The notes below the pieces were generated by a model. The model made no database searches, was not told the origin of the DNA, and saw nothing but the letters and a program-made list of their open reading frames with translations. Of a stretch of DNA of 56,357 bases, positions 18,570-28,297 are shown piece by piece; within the stretch, counting starts at the first letter, position 1; the number at the start of each line of letters is the position of its first letter. Position numbers and translations under genes: made by a program. Origin of the DNA: a virus (Duplodnaviria > Caudoviricetes); the IMG/VR virus record IMGVR_UViG_3300049982_000330, positions 1 to 56,357 of that record; one strand, given 5' to 3'.

Positions 18570-19409
18570 TCATCCGATCAGCACCTCGTCCTGAGGGCGC
18601 TTGTCGAGGCCGAGCAACTGACGCACGTTGTACGGCAGCGCGAACGAGCTCCCCGGCAGCACGACCTCATCCACCCCGACCGCCGGACGGCCGCCGCCGG
18701 AGTTGAGCTGGCTGGTGCGCCACAGGTGGGCGGTGAGGTCCAGTGCCGCCAGGCGGAAATTCGCCGGGACCGGGGAGCGCCCGGCCCGGTAGGTGACGCG
18801 CACCCGATCCGACCAGCCAAGGCCGGTCACCCTGAGCACTCCCTCGGCGGACTCCAGCGTCCAGCCATGGGCGCCCGTCGCCGCATCGGCCGCAGCAACG
18901 ACCTCGAGACCAGGGAGCTTCTGCACGCTGGTGATGGAGATGACCGGGCGCGTCGGGAGCACGAGCTCGCCGCGGTGAGGCCGCCGGTCGGCCACCACGG
19001 TCAGCGGTGACACCTGCCCCTTCCGATCGGTGATCATCTGACAGGCGGCGGACACGAAGACCCGCAGCTTCTCCGCATCCGCCGTGACGCTCTTCTTCTT
19101 CATGTGCTCGATGGCGTCCGCAAGACTGATGAAGTCCCCGTCGTCGGCGGGCTGCACGTCGAAGGTGTCGCTGTAGGCGGAGGCGTTGAGCCCGGTCGCC
19201 ACCCAGCGGGCGTGATGCCGGCCCGCCTGCACCGTGGGGTAGTCGTAGTCGTAGACCCCGGGCGTGGTGGAGACGATCGGCCCCTGCGTGACGGTGGTCC
19301 CGTCCGGCAGGGTGACGGTCAGGTTCACCGCCGTGGCGTCCGCCGGATTGCCGTCCGCGTCCGTCACCGTGATCGACAAGGGAACCAGGTCCCCGAGGTC
19401 GAAACTCAC
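18570..19409 (-). CDS. Head-tail adaptor with N-terminal Ig-like domain
   Basis: FISLADAIEHM...VRVTYRAGR..VP..FRLAAL gp6/gp15-like pattern. Confidence 0.8.
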   Translation of the reverse strand: MSFDLGDLVPLSITVTDADGNPADATAVNLTVTLPDGTTVTQGPIVSTTPGVYDYDYPTVQAGRHHARWVATGLNASAYSDTFDVQPADDGDFISLADAIEHMKKKSVTADAEKLRVFVSAACQMITDRKGQVSPLTVVADRRPHRGELVLPTRPVISITSVQKLPGLEVVAAADAATGAHGWTLESAEGVLRVTGLGWSDRVRVTYRAGRSPVPANFRLAALDLTAHLWRTSQLNSGGGRPAVGVDEVVLPGSSFALPYNVRQLLGLDKRPQDEVLIG

Positions 19410-20635
19410 CCGCCACCTCCCATCGTCGCGCCCGAACGGGTTCGTGCAGTCATCGCGGACGCCTCGCCGGGCGAGTAGGACACCGCGGGGCCCTCCACGT
19501 GGCGCCCCGACGCCCCAGGCGCCGGCCGGACTCGCGGTCCCATCGCTCCGCGGGTCACTGTTGGCTCGGGGCCGGTCGCCAGCAGGACGGTCGTCGCGGT
19601 GGCGCCGTCGCCGAGCATCGCCGTCGCCGCCGCCAGGAGGACCTCGGCCCCCACGCCGCTGTCGACCAGACCGATCGTCATCGACACCGTCAGCGCCTCA
19701 GAGCCCGCCCCGGAGTCGCCGAGCGTCTTCGGCGTGCCCACCGACACCGACTCGGCCGCGGAACCGGCCTCACCGAGCGGCAGCTGCGCGGCGAGCGTGG
19801 TGAGCTCGGCGGCGCTCGCGACATCCCCGAGCTCGAGCTGGACCGCCACGGCGAGGGCGTCGGCGGCGACAGCCGCCTCGATCAAGGCTGCCGGGTTGCC
19901 GAGCGAGACGCTCTCTGCGGCCGACCCGGCTTCGGACAGGGCGACCGTCACGGCGCCCGTGAAGGCTTGGGTGGCCGCCCCGGCGTCCGCCAGCGCCTTG
20001 GGTGTGCCGGTCGTAGCGTCGTCCGCGCCGGACCCGCTGTCGGCCAGTGGCACCGTTGCGGCGGCGGCCAGACCGTCGGCGCCCGACGCGGCCTGGCTGA
20101 GCGCGACCACCGCAGCGACCGTGAGCGCATTCGCCGCGGCGCCGGAGTCGGCCAGCGTGACGGTCGCGCCGAGCGACACCGCCTCAGCACCGGACCCGGA
20201 GTCAGCGAGAGGCGCCTGCGCGGAGCCGCCGGCGGAATCGGCTGCCGAACCCGCGTCGGTCAGGGACGCCGAGGCGGCGACATTCAGGCTTTCAGCGCCG
20301 GCGGCAGAGTCGGCGAGGGCCTTCGGGATGTTGGCACCCAGGGTGTCCGCGCCTGAACCGGCCTCAGCCAGGGGCGCCGAGACGGTGATGGTGAAGCTCT
20401 CCGCCGCGGCGGCCGTATCGGCTATGGATGGTTGGAAAGCTACCGAGAGCGCGTCGGCGGCCGAGCCCACCTGCGGCAGCGAGGCCTGAACAGTGACCGC
20501 GAAGGCCTCGGCCGTGGCCGAGGAATCGCTGAGCGGTACTGCTGCGGTGGCCAGCAGTGCGTTGGCGGCCGATCCCGCGTCGGCCAGCGCCACCGCCGTT
20601 GCGGAAGCCGAACGGGGGACCAGCAGGAGCGGCAC
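19406..20635 (-). CDS. Ala/Ser-rich tandem-repeat fibre-like protein
   Basis: About 19-aa LADSGSAAEALxV repeats over most of the length. Confidence 0.75.
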   Translation of the reverse strand: MPLLLVPRSASATAVALADAGSAANALLATAAVPLSDSSATAEAFAVTVQASLPQVGSAADALSVAFQPSIADTAAAAESFTITVSAPLAEAGSGADTLGANIPKALADSAAGAESLNVAASASLTDAGSAADSAGGSAQAPLADSGSGAEAVSLGATVTLADSGAAANALTVAAVVALSQAASGADGLAAAATVPLADSGSGADDATTGTPKALADAGAATQAFTGAVTVALSEAGSAAESVSLGNPAALIEAAVAADALAVAVQLELGDVASAAELTTLAAQLPLGEAGSAAESVSVGTPKTLGDSGAGSEALTVSMTIGLVDSGVGAEVLLAAATAMLGDGATATTVLLATGPEPTVTRGAMGPRVRPAPGASGRHVEGPAVSYSPGEASAMTARTRSGATMGGGG

Positions 20636-20645
20636 CTAGGCCCCC

Positions 20646-22373
20646 TTAGAAGAGCTGGAGCGCCATCATCGGGATGTTGTCGGCCTGCGTCGCACCCGAC
20701 GCCGCGACATCGGCCAACGCCCCGGTGCCCTGACTGGCCAGCGAGTAGCCGATCCCCGGGAGGCTCAGCCCGGTGGTCTGGATCATGTTCGGCATCAGGA
20801 ACGCTCCCGGACCCATGAGATTCGCGAAGTTCTGGCCGCTGCCCACGGTGATGCACTTGACCGACAGCCAGTACAGGCCCGGGTCCAAGGTCAGGTTCAT
20901 CGAGCCTGTGCCCGACGCCGGGGATTGGACCAGCACGCTCGCAGTGTTCGGGACCGACAGCGCGCCCGCGGCCGTCAGCTCCTGCACCAGGCACTGCGGG
21001 TAGCCGCTCCAGCCGACGTCATCGTAGATGCCCCACCGGATCGTGGACTGGGTGGTGCCGGCCGTCACCGTGGCGAGCGCCATCCGGATGTACCGCTCCC
21101 TGCCCTGGCAGACCACCCAGGGCAGCCAGTACTGGGTTTGGGCGACCATGGGCGCAGCGATGCCGTTGGTCCGGTGCTCCGCCGTGTAATAAACGCCGGT
21201 GCGGCGTGACCGTACGACGGCACCCTGCCGGGGTGAGGGTACGTTGAAATTGGCCGCGATCCCGTGCTCGGTGGTCGGGGTCATGCGGCGGAGCGCCACC
21301 ATGCACGCATCAGCGCACCGCGCTGCGCCCAGCTCGTTGGGGTGCAGGCCGTCCCAGTAGTAGGCGGCGGTTTTGTTCATGGCGCTGTCGATGTCGGCGA
21401 TCTGCACCATAGCGTCGAACTCGGCCACCACGCCGGCGATGACCGCGTTCAAGTCGAGCACGTTCTGGTCCTTGGCCGCCTCGGTGCCCGTCCATGCCGC
21501 GTACAGCCCGTACCCCGTGGCGGTGAGCCGGGCCACGTTGCACACGACGACCGGCGGGGCGGCTCTGGCTTCCATCCACCAGCAGTCGAACGACACCGAC
21601 CCGCCCGCGTCCAGCGAGGTGACGGTCCCGACGATGGTCTGCCCGGCGTTGGCCGAGGTCAGGTTGGTGATCCGCCGCACCATTTTGGAGTGGGTGAACA
21701 GGGCGGCGGCGACAACGCCCGACGTGACCGTGGTGCCGGTGACCCCGGCCGTGCCCGACCATGTGACCGTGCCGCCGTTGGTGCTGTTGCCGTCCAAGCA
21801 GATCGCAACCGGCGACCCGTCGTAGTCGGACGGAAGGGTGATCGTGAACGTGGCGCTCGTCGTGGTGGTGGCATTGCGGGTGCTGTTACCGAACGACCAG
21901 TCCGAGGTGCCGGCACCCACCGTGAACCCGGCGCCATAGGCGATCGACGCGTCGGTGTCGTCGAACACCCGGGCCGCCCGCCACAGGGAGATAGCCGCCC
22001 GCAGCACATGCCCGAACGTGGTGTTCAGGGAGGTGAACCCGGCGCCGGGACCGCTGTTGCCCAGGTCGTTGATGCCGTAGCACATGAGCAGCGCGCCACC
22101 GTCGGCGGTGTACGGGGCGCCCCGGCTGGTGTTCTTGCCGTTCTCCTGGAACACCCTGCCGAACCCGCCCAGCTTGCGGCCCTGAAGGATCAACTGGGCG
22201 CCGGAGACCGCACGGTTACGCCAGTTGGTGTACTCGATGTCCAGGGAGGCGCGGAACAGGGCGTCGAACCGGCCCGTCTGGTCCACCGCGCCACCGGTGA
22301 ACTGGAGATATGAGTGGCCGAAGGTGTTCCACATGTCCGGGGTCGGATACTGGGTGCGCTGCGCGAGAGGCAT
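20646..22373 (-). CDS. SGNH/GDSL hydrolase-domain protein
   Basis: FGHSY (block I), YGINDL (block III), DGLHPN (block V). Confidence 0.85.
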   Translation of the reverse strand: MPLAQRTQYPTPDMWNTFGHSYLQFTGGAVDQTGRFDALFRASLDIEYTNWRNRAVSGAQLILQGRKLGGFGRVFQENGKNTSRGAPYTADGGALLMCYGINDLGNSGPGAGFTSLNTTFGHVLRAAISLWRAARVFDDTDASIAYGAGFTVGAGTSDWSFGNSTRNATTTTSATFTITLPSDYDGSPVAICLDGNSTNGGTVTWSGTAGVTGTTVTSGVVAAALFTHSKMVRRITNLTSANAGQTIVGTVTSLDAGGSVSFDCWWMEARAAPPVVVCNVARLTATGYGLYAAWTGTEAAKDQNVLDLNAVIAGVVAEFDAMVQIADIDSAMNKTAAYYWDGLHPNELGAARCADACMVALRRMTPTTEHGIAANFNVPSPRQGAVVRSRRTGVYYTAEHRTNGIAAPMVAQTQYWLPWVVCQGRERYIRMALATVTAGTTQSTIRWGIYDDVGWSGYPQCLVQELTAAGALSVPNTASVLVQSPASGTGSMNLTLDPGLYWLSVKCITVGSGQNFANLMGPGAFLMPNMIQTTGLSLPGIGYSLASQGTGALADVAASGATQADNIPMMALQLF

Positions 22374-22374
22374 G

Positions 22375-22761
22375 TCAGGCCGCCGTCGCCAACGTCGAAA
22401 GGATTGTGCCGCCAGCGACCGCGCCGGCCATGGAGATGGCCAGTGTGGACAGCTGCACGGGCACCTCCCACCGGTCGCCCGGGTCCAGGTACCAGTGGTG
22501 AGCGGCTGCGCTGGGGACGGTGGAATCGAAGCGGAAGTACACCCGTCCGTTTGCGGCCGACTCGATGAGCACGGCGACCCGGCCGGCGTCGGCGGCGATC
22601 TGGCCGGCCTGCCCGGCGGTGGTCACCGTCCAGGTGTTGAGCGTGCCGACCGCCGTGGCACGGGCTTCGCGCACCACCTGCTGGTGGTCGCCGCCAGCAA
22701 CCGCGAACGTGTCGATGCTGGTCCCGGCGCCAGCGGTGATCGCTACCGAGCTGTCGGCCAT
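22375..22761 (-). CDS. Putative virion decoration protein
   Basis: Tight operon packing; beta-rich. Confidence 0.65.
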   Translation of the reverse strand: MADSSVAITAGAGTSIDTFAVAGGDHQQVVREARATAVGTLNTWTVTTAGQAGQIAADAGRVAVLIESAANGRVYFRFDSTVPSAAAHHWYLDPGDRWEVPVQLSTLAISMAGAVAGGTILSTLATAA

Positions 22762-22765
22762 TGGA

Positions 22766-23389
22766 TCAGGTGAACGTGATCGTCGCGGTGGCGGTCCAGG
22801 TTTGGCCGGCGGCCTTCGTGCCCTGGGCGATGCCGGCTTTCCTGTTGAACAGCAGTGCGCCGACCACGGCGCTCGCCGCCGCTGTGCCCGAGGTGACGTC
22901 CAGCCCGAATTCGTTCCACGCGAAGTTCCCGTCGGCCGTGCCGAACGTCGCGCTGAACGCCAGCGTCCGGGTGCCGAGGGTGCCCGCGCCGGACACAGGC
23001 TGGAACCAGCGGTTGGCCGAGCCCGCCGCGGCGATCAGGTCGGTGTCGGTGTACGCCTCGGCTGTGGAGCTGTTCCCGACACCGATACGGGTGTGGGTCG
23101 CGTCGAGCGCTTGCGTCGCCCCCTGATTGCTCAGGAGGTTCATCAACCTGGTCCACCCGTTGTTCGTGATCAGGTTGCCGTGGACCTCGGACACCTCGTA
23201 CGGCTGCACGCCCAGTCGCATGAAGTCGTCCCCGGCCGGGGCCACCAGGCCGGACCGGCGCTGAGCCCATCTCGTCTGCTCGGCATCCCAGCGCTGCACC
23301 AGCCAGTCCGTGGTCCCGCGGACCACCTCGGGCAGCGCGGCACCCACGCCGACCGACATGCGGTCAGCCGCCTGCGCGATATCGCTCAC
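22766..23389 (-). CDS. Putative virion structural protein
   Basis: GNLITNNGW...IGVGNS...NFAWNEFG...GTK motifs seen in phage structural proteins. Confidence 0.7.
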   Translation of the reverse strand: MSDIAQAADRMSVGVGAALPEVVRGTTDWLVQRWDAEQTRWAQRRSGLVAPAGDDFMRLGVQPYEVSEVHGNLITNNGWTRLMNLLSNQGATQALDATHTRIGVGNSSTAEAYTDTDLIAAAGSANRWFQPVSGAGTLGTRTLAFSATFGTADGNFAWNEFGLDVTSGTAAASAVVGALLFNRKAGIAQGTKAAGQTWTATATITFT

Positions 23390-23667
23390 TTGTCCCCCTC
23401 CGGAGTACGCGACTTGTCGGCCGGCCGACGCCCCGCCTTGTTGGCCGCGGCGGGCGTCTTCTTCTCCGGCTCGGCCTGCTCCTGGTCCTCCGGCTCTGGT
23501 GCGGCCTCGCTGGACTCCAGCAGGCCATACCGGGCCGCGGTGGCGTGCGACACCTCGCCCCCCTTCGGGCAGAGCAGGAACATGGCCTCCGGGTCGCCGT
23601 CCTCGACGACCCGGCTCTTGTCCTCCACCAGGTACAGCCGCCGGCCGATGCGCACGTTGCCGCTCAT
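23386..23667 (-). CDS. Small phage protein
   Basis: RVVEDGDPEA.FLL motif; ATGA coupling. Confidence 0.7.
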   Translation of the reverse strand: MSGNVRIGRRLYLVEDKSRVVEDGDPEAMFLLCPKGGEVSHATAARYGLLESSEAAPEPEDQEQAEPEKKTPAAANKAGRRPADKSRTPEGDK

Positions 23668-23987
23668 GCGATCGTGGCCCCCCCGGTCAGCGCGGCCAGC
23701 TGCCAGGCCGACCCGTCGTAGGCGACGATCGCGCCCTCCCCGACCGCGTTCAGCGTGATCGTGCCGCCAGAGACGGCCAGCGTGTACGCGCCCGTGGACG
23801 ACCACGCCCGCAGCGCCACGACCACCACGTGGCCGGCCTGCGTCGCCGTCATGGTCACGGTCTTGGTCGCCGCGTCCGTCGACGAGAGGCTGACCACGCC
23901 GTCGTCGCGTGCCAGCACCGCCGCGGCGTTGGCGGCCAGGACCCGAACCGCACCCGGGCGCGGCTGGACGCCCTCGATGATCGCCAT
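23664..23987 (-). CDS. Putative capsid decoration protein
   Basis: AGGAG RBS; small beta-rich protein after the capsid gene. Confidence 0.6.
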   Translation of the reverse strand: MAIIEGVQPRPGAVRVLAANAAAVLARDDGVVSLSSTDAATKTVTMTATQAGHVVVVALRAWSSTGAYTLAVSGGTITLNAVGEGAIVAYDGSAWQLAALTGGATIA

Positions 23988-23995
23988 GTCGTCTC

Positions 23996-24406
23996 CTAGT
24001 CGGGCAGCTGGACGTAGAACAGGACCACGTCGAAGGTGCCGGCGGTCAGCGCCGCCGTCGCGACCGTGGCCGTGACCTTGCGCGCCGCGGTGGTCTTCAC
24101 CGTGGACGCGCCCGTGAAGACCGGGACCACGCTCTTGCGGCCGGTGGTCGACCAGGGCGCACCGGAGACGGCGGCGGCCGCGACGATGTCGCCTGCGCCT
24201 TCGACGGTGACGGCGACGGTCGCTGCGCCGCCGGAGGTGAGCGCGACGTCCACCTCGACGAACCCGCCGAGGACGATCGCGTTGATCGGTATCACGCCCG
24301 CCGGGGTCAAATCGATGTCGCCGACCGCGCCACCGTCGACCGAGAAGTCATAGCGACCACGCACGACCTTCATCTCGGTGGCGCGCGGGTATCCGCCTGA
24401 GTACAT
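23996..24406 (-). CDS. Putative capsid cement/decoration protein
   Basis: GAGGAGG RBS; directly follows the capsid gene. Confidence 0.65.
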   Translation of the reverse strand: MYSGGYPRATEMKVVRGRYDFSVDGGAVGDIDLTPAGVIPINAIVLGGFVEVDVALTSGGAATVAVTVEGAGDIVAAAAVSGAPWSTTGRKSVVPVFTGASTVKTTAARKVTATVATAALTAGTFDVVLFYVQLPD

Positions 24407-24460
24407 GGATTCCTCCTCGCATGCGGAAGGGGAGGGCACAGGGCCCTCCCCTCCGGTGAT

Positions 24461-25723
24461 TTACAGGCCCGTGGTCTCGGCGAACGCGAGCGGCCGGTAG
24501 TGCACGACCGTGCAGCGCAAGTCGGCGCGGATGGCCAGCTGGCCACGGATGAAGTAGTCCCCGTGGCTGTTGCTGACCTGCACGTCGATGCCCCTGCGGA
24601 CGGCGAGCTCGGCGAAGTTGGCGTAGTCGCCCATCAGCGCCTTGGTCGCCGGCGCGGCCACCGTCTCCACGACCGGGACACCCCAGATGGTCATCGGGCC
24701 GGGCATGGCCGGGTGACCCCAGATGTAGACGCCGTCCGCGGTGCGAAGCAGCCTCACGGGCTCCCATTTGGCCGGGGTGATGAACACCACGCTCGGCTCG
24801 GCGAACCCGGTGTCGCGGATGCGCCGCATCGACTTGTACAGCGCGTCGGGCACCGTGTCGGTGCCCTTGGCCTGGCTGATGATGCCGGTGACGTTCTCGG
24901 TGCCCAGCAGATTCGGCGCCGTGCCGTTGCCCCGCAGGATCTGCAGGTCGAGCCTCTGCCTCAACATAAAGGGGAGACGATTCTCGACATACGCCCTGGC
25001 CCGCGGCTCGTCTTCGAACAGCTCGTCGGTGACGGGCAGGAAGATCGGGATCTTGCGGACCTGGCTGTTCTTCTCGTCCAGCTTGAGCTGCGCCTCGGGG
25101 AACTGGTCACCCTCGGCGGTCTCCTGCGAGGTGTTGTTGTACACCGTCTCTTCCATGTAGACCACCGCCGCCTGAGTGGTGGTGGTCTGCGGAATCAGGT
25201 CCGCGATGTGCGGAGCCGGCCGGGTCGGGAACATCTCCAGGTGGCCGGTGCGCGTGGTCTCCGGCTGCCACCCGCCGGTTGACAGAAGCGTCTTCAGCGA
25301 GATCTCGATGCTGGCCTGAGGGCCGCCACCGGACCCCCGGTTGTATCCCTTCACCGCCTGGCTGGCCATGAACTGCTCACCGAACGAGCGTTCCCGGCCG
25401 TCCTTGGTGCGCAGGCGGTCCTCGTCGAGGTCCTTGTGGCCGGACTCGGTCTGCTCCGCCTCCTTCGCGGCGCCTGCCGCGCGGGCGATGACCAGCAGTT
25501 CGTCTACCTTGGCCTTGCGCTCGTCGATGTCGGCGTTGAGCTGGCGGATGAAGTCGACTTTCGCCGAGGTGTCGCCCTGGACGGACTTCACCTTGCTCAT
25601 GTCGTACTCGGGGCCGGCCTCGTCGAAGATCTCCTTCAGGCTCTTACGCTTGGCGTCGAGCCCGGCCTGCGCTTCCTTGAGCGCCGGAAACTCTATGACC
25701 CTCTCGGGTACCGCGACAGTCAT
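24461..25723 (-). CDS. HK97-fold major capsid protein
   Basis: N-terminal coiled-coil delta domain; AEG..PE, ILRGNGT..NLLG and IWGVPVV motifs. Confidence 0.95.
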   Translation of the reverse strand: MTVAVPERVIEFPALKEAQAGLDAKRKSLKEIFDEAGPEYDMSKVKSVQGDTSAKVDFIRQLNADIDERKAKVDELLVIARAAGAAKEAEQTESGHKDLDEDRLRTKDGRERSFGEQFMASQAVKGYNRGSGGGPQASIEISLKTLLSTGGWQPETTRTGHLEMFPTRPAPHIADLIPQTTTTQAAVVYMEETVYNNTSQETAEGDQFPEAQLKLDEKNSQVRKIPIFLPVTDELFEDEPRARAYVENRLPFMLRQRLDLQILRGNGTAPNLLGTENVTGIISQAKGTDTVPDALYKSMRRIRDTGFAEPSVVFITPAKWEPVRLLRTADGVYIWGHPAMPGPMTIWGVPVVETVAAPATKALMGDYANFAELAVRRGIDVQVSNSHGDYFIRGQLAIRADLRCTVVHYRPLAFAETTGL

Positions 25724-25730
25724 GATCTCC

Positions 25731-26828
25731 TCACAGTCCTTGAAGCTGAGCCACAGACCGCGCGAACACCGAGGCGAGCTCGGCGTCGGTCGGGTCCTCA
25801 GGGCCCAGAGGTGTGGAGAGCAGGGCCTTCAGGCGCTGAAGGTCGGCGTCGATCCAGTCCAGGAGCTCGGCCGAGCGGGGCGCCATGCCCTTGCCCTTGA
25901 GTGCGCGGAGAGCCACGACTTCCGCAGTTCGATCGACGAAGGCGGACACCGCGGCTAGGACCGCGTGTCCCTCTTCGGCGTACTTCAGCGAGCCGCCGAG
26001 GGCTTCTTTCAGCTCCGGCGGCTCAACATCGGCATCCCGCAGGTGCCCCGCGAGATGCTCGTAGACGCCCTTACGGTCGGCATCCGGAATGCCGCCCTTG
26101 GCGTCGTTCAGGCGGGCGATGCCCATCAGGCACGCCCGCACGTTCGCCGGCCCGCCCACGCCGTGGTGATGCGGGATCCGATACGACGACTTGGCCTCGG
26201 GGTCGCCGGCGCCGTCCACCCAGGCGTACACGGTGCGCAGCTCGGACGGCCGGGCGTCGTCCGCCAGGTCCGCGACCGTTTTGGCGCCGTCCCAGCTCCG
26301 CGAGGTGACCTCGCAGTCGTGCGGCGCGATCGGCCGGCCCAACCGCAGCGGCGCATCTGCCCCGGCCGACTTCGCGCTGAGGGTCCGGGTGTTCAGCCCA
26401 GCGCCACGAAGCACCGGAGAGACCTCGAAGACCTTCAGCTTGTTCAGGAAGCGGACCTTGCGCCCCTCGAAATCGCCGTACGACCACTCCACAGGGTCAT
26501 AGCCGTACGACCACTCCCCCAGCCCGGCCTTCGCCAGTTCCTGGACCGTCAGGAAGGCGTTCTTGCCGTGGTCGGTGTTCATGAGGAACTGGCCCTCGAA
26601 AACGGCCTCTTTCTGGGTCTGCCGAATCGTCCCGGTGCCCACCGGAAGCTCGCCGTCCCATGAGCTGTGACCGTAGGCGGAGATCAGCACCGGCGCGCCG
26701 TCCTCGAACGCGCCCTGCTGTGTCACATCCCCGTCGGAGTCGATCGCGTTGAAGGTCGAGAAGACCGCCTTGACCAGGCCCTTCGCCTCGTCCTTGATCT
26801 CGACTCGGAGGTTCTTGGTATCCATCAC
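25731..26828 (-). CDS. HK97-family prohead protease (helper)
   Basis: FSTFNAIDSDGD, GH, EWSYGY and FEVSPV motifs; between portal and capsid. Confidence 0.9.
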   Translation of the reverse strand: MMDTKNLRVEIKDEAKGLVKAVFSTFNAIDSDGDVTQQGAFEDGAPVLISAYGHSSWDGELPVGTGTIRQTQKEAVFEGQFLMNTDHGKNAFLTVQELAKAGLGEWSYGYDPVEWSYGDFEGRKVRFLNKLKVFEVSPVLRGAGLNTRTLSAKSAGADAPLRLGRPIAPHDCEVTSRSWDGAKTVADLADDARPSELRTVYAWVDGAGDPEAKSSYRIPHHHGVGGPANVRACLMGIARLNDAKGGIPDADRKGVYEHLAGHLRDADVEPPELKEALGGSLKYAEEGHAVLAAVSAFVDRTAEVVALRALKGKGMAPRSAELLDWIDADLQRLKALLSTPLGPEDPTDAELASVFARSVAQLQGL

Positions 26829-27251
26829 TGCTCCTTTGCCGGATCGGTAGTCGGCGTGGTCTGGCCGCCGGCGGGCGGCTGGTCTGGTGGAACGACTGGA
26901 ATGGCCTGCGCGGTAGTGCCAGGCGGCTGGAGCTGGACGGAAACAAGCCCGGTGTGCACCAGGAGGCTTTCGTCCTCGGCCGCGACGGCCGCCTTCGCCG
27001 AGTCGGAGGTGAAGCCCTCCCGGACCAGACCGGTGATCGTCCGGGCTCGGATCTCAAAGATCTCGGCGGCGTCCTTGCGGTCCTCCTGCAGGAACCGGAT
27101 GTCGCGGTCGTCGTACCAGAGCTCCGCGTTGTCCGGCACCGCGACCAGGGGCGCGAGTGCCCCGGCCGCGCCGCGCCACAAAGACCTCAGCGTGCCGTCC
27201 GCGAAGCGCCTGCGGGCCATCCCGTAGTTGCCCGCGTTCAGCGAGCTGCCG
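26825..27251 (-). pseudogene. Portal protein, 3' fragment (restorable by excision)
   Basis: GSSLNAGNYGMARRRFADGT continues the 5' fragment in frame; its stop is coupled to the protease start. Confidence 0.9.
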
Positions 27252-27275
27252 TCAAGTCCGCGCTAAGGCGAAGCT
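27230..27275. other. att junction at the portal 3' side (core CGG 27249-27251, minus strand)
   Basis: Portal coding begins abruptly after ...TAG CGC GGA CTT GAC GG. Confidence 0.8.
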
Positions 27276-27380
27276 CTACTTTCATCGATCTCCAGGCGGA
27301 CGGCCAGACGGCCGCGAGCCGTGTCCCGGCAGCGCGATGCCCTCGCCAACCGGTACTTGGCGAGGGCATCGGTCATTCTC

Positions 27381-27617
27381 TTACGGGTGGCGCGGCCTGT
27401 GGGGCTCTGCGTCGTCTACCAGGCGCGGCGGCCCGGCTGGGCCGAACAGCAGCCGCGCGAGCTTCCGGGCCTGCTCGGGAGTCGGCAGCGGGGCTTTCGC
27501 CGTTTCTCGCTCGATGTGCTCGGCCGTCTCGTCGTCCAGCTCGAACAGGCGCTGTATCTCCCGCATCTCAGGCGACAGCTCGGGGGACGGCGCGGCAGCC
27601 CTGCTGCTCTTGGTCAC
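27381..27617 (-). CDS. Small protein with RDF-like C-terminal motif
   Basis: HIERETAKAPLPTPEQARKLARLL resembles the 40404-40646 product. Confidence 0.6.
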   Translation of the reverse strand: MTKSSRAAAPSPELSPEMREIQRLFELDDETAEHIERETAKAPLPTPEQARKLARLLFGPAGPPRLVDDAEPHRPRHP

Positions 27618-27790
27618 TTCTTCTTCCCCTTCTCGGGCAACGCGGCGCCTTCCTCATCCACGTACCAGCGCCACATTTCGACCGTCACCTTGGACACGTC
27701 TCCATCGGGCGCTTGCTCGCGAACCTTCTTCACCAGTTCCTCGGATGCCCCCCGGATCCCAACGAGCTTGTGCCGGTGCTGGCTCGGCAT
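27614..27790 (-). CDS. 58-aa ribbon-helix-helix-like regulator (absent from the ORF track)
   Basis: MPSQHRHKLVGIRGASEELVKKVREQAPDGDVSKVTVEMWRWYVDEEGAALPEKGKKK; GAGGGAGG RBS; GTGA coupling. Confidence 0.7.
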   Translation of the reverse strand: MPSQHRHKLVGIRGASEELVKKVREQAPDGDVSKVTVEMWRWYVDEEGAALPEKGKKK

Positions 27791-27809
27791 CGGGCCGCCC
27801 TCCCTCTTA

Positions 27810-27855
27810 GGTGGTTGACCACCCGACAGTAACAGGTCTAAGGTGGTTAACCACC
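27810..27855. promoter_or_regulatory. Pair of palindromic operators in a divergent promoter region
   Basis: GGTGGTTGACCACC (27810) and GGTGGTTAACCACC (27842), 32 bp apart. Confidence 0.75.
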
Positions 27856-27949
27856 CCCTCTTTTGAGGGAGAGGCGCCTAACCGCAAGACGGCCCCCGCC
27901 AGCGATTGCAGCGCACGGCGAGGGCCTTGATCGGAAGCAGGTCCGACCC

Positions 27950-28297
27950 ATGTCCAACCCAATCACATGCCCGACTTGGTGCGAGCGCGAGCACCCCACC
28001 AGCTACCTCGCCCATGAGCGCTACGTCGCCGAGCTCAACGCCGACGGCGGCGAGCTCGTCATCGAGGTCACCGTGAATCAGCACGTGCAGCCCGGCCGTG
28101 TCGACGCGCCCGTCATGCGCCTGTTCGCCCACCAGGGCGGCGACCACGGAGAGACCACGATCCTGGACTTGGCCGCCGACCAGGCCGCCACCCTCGGCCG
28201 GATCATCGCGCTGCTGGCGTCGCACGGCCCGGGGCACCGGTTCGGCGTGGCCCTGACCGACGCCGCCGCGGTGATCCTCGCGGGCGGTGGGCGGTGA
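27950..28297 (+). CDS. CPxWC-motif protein (DUF6907-like)
   Basis: TCPTWCEREH...H and DLAADQAATLG pattern. Confidence 0.65.
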   Translation: MSNPITCPTWCEREHPTSYLAHERYVAELNADGGELVIEVTVNQHVQPGRVDAPVMRLFAHQGGDHGETTILDLAADQAATLGRIIALLASHGPGHRFGVALTDAAAVILAGGGR

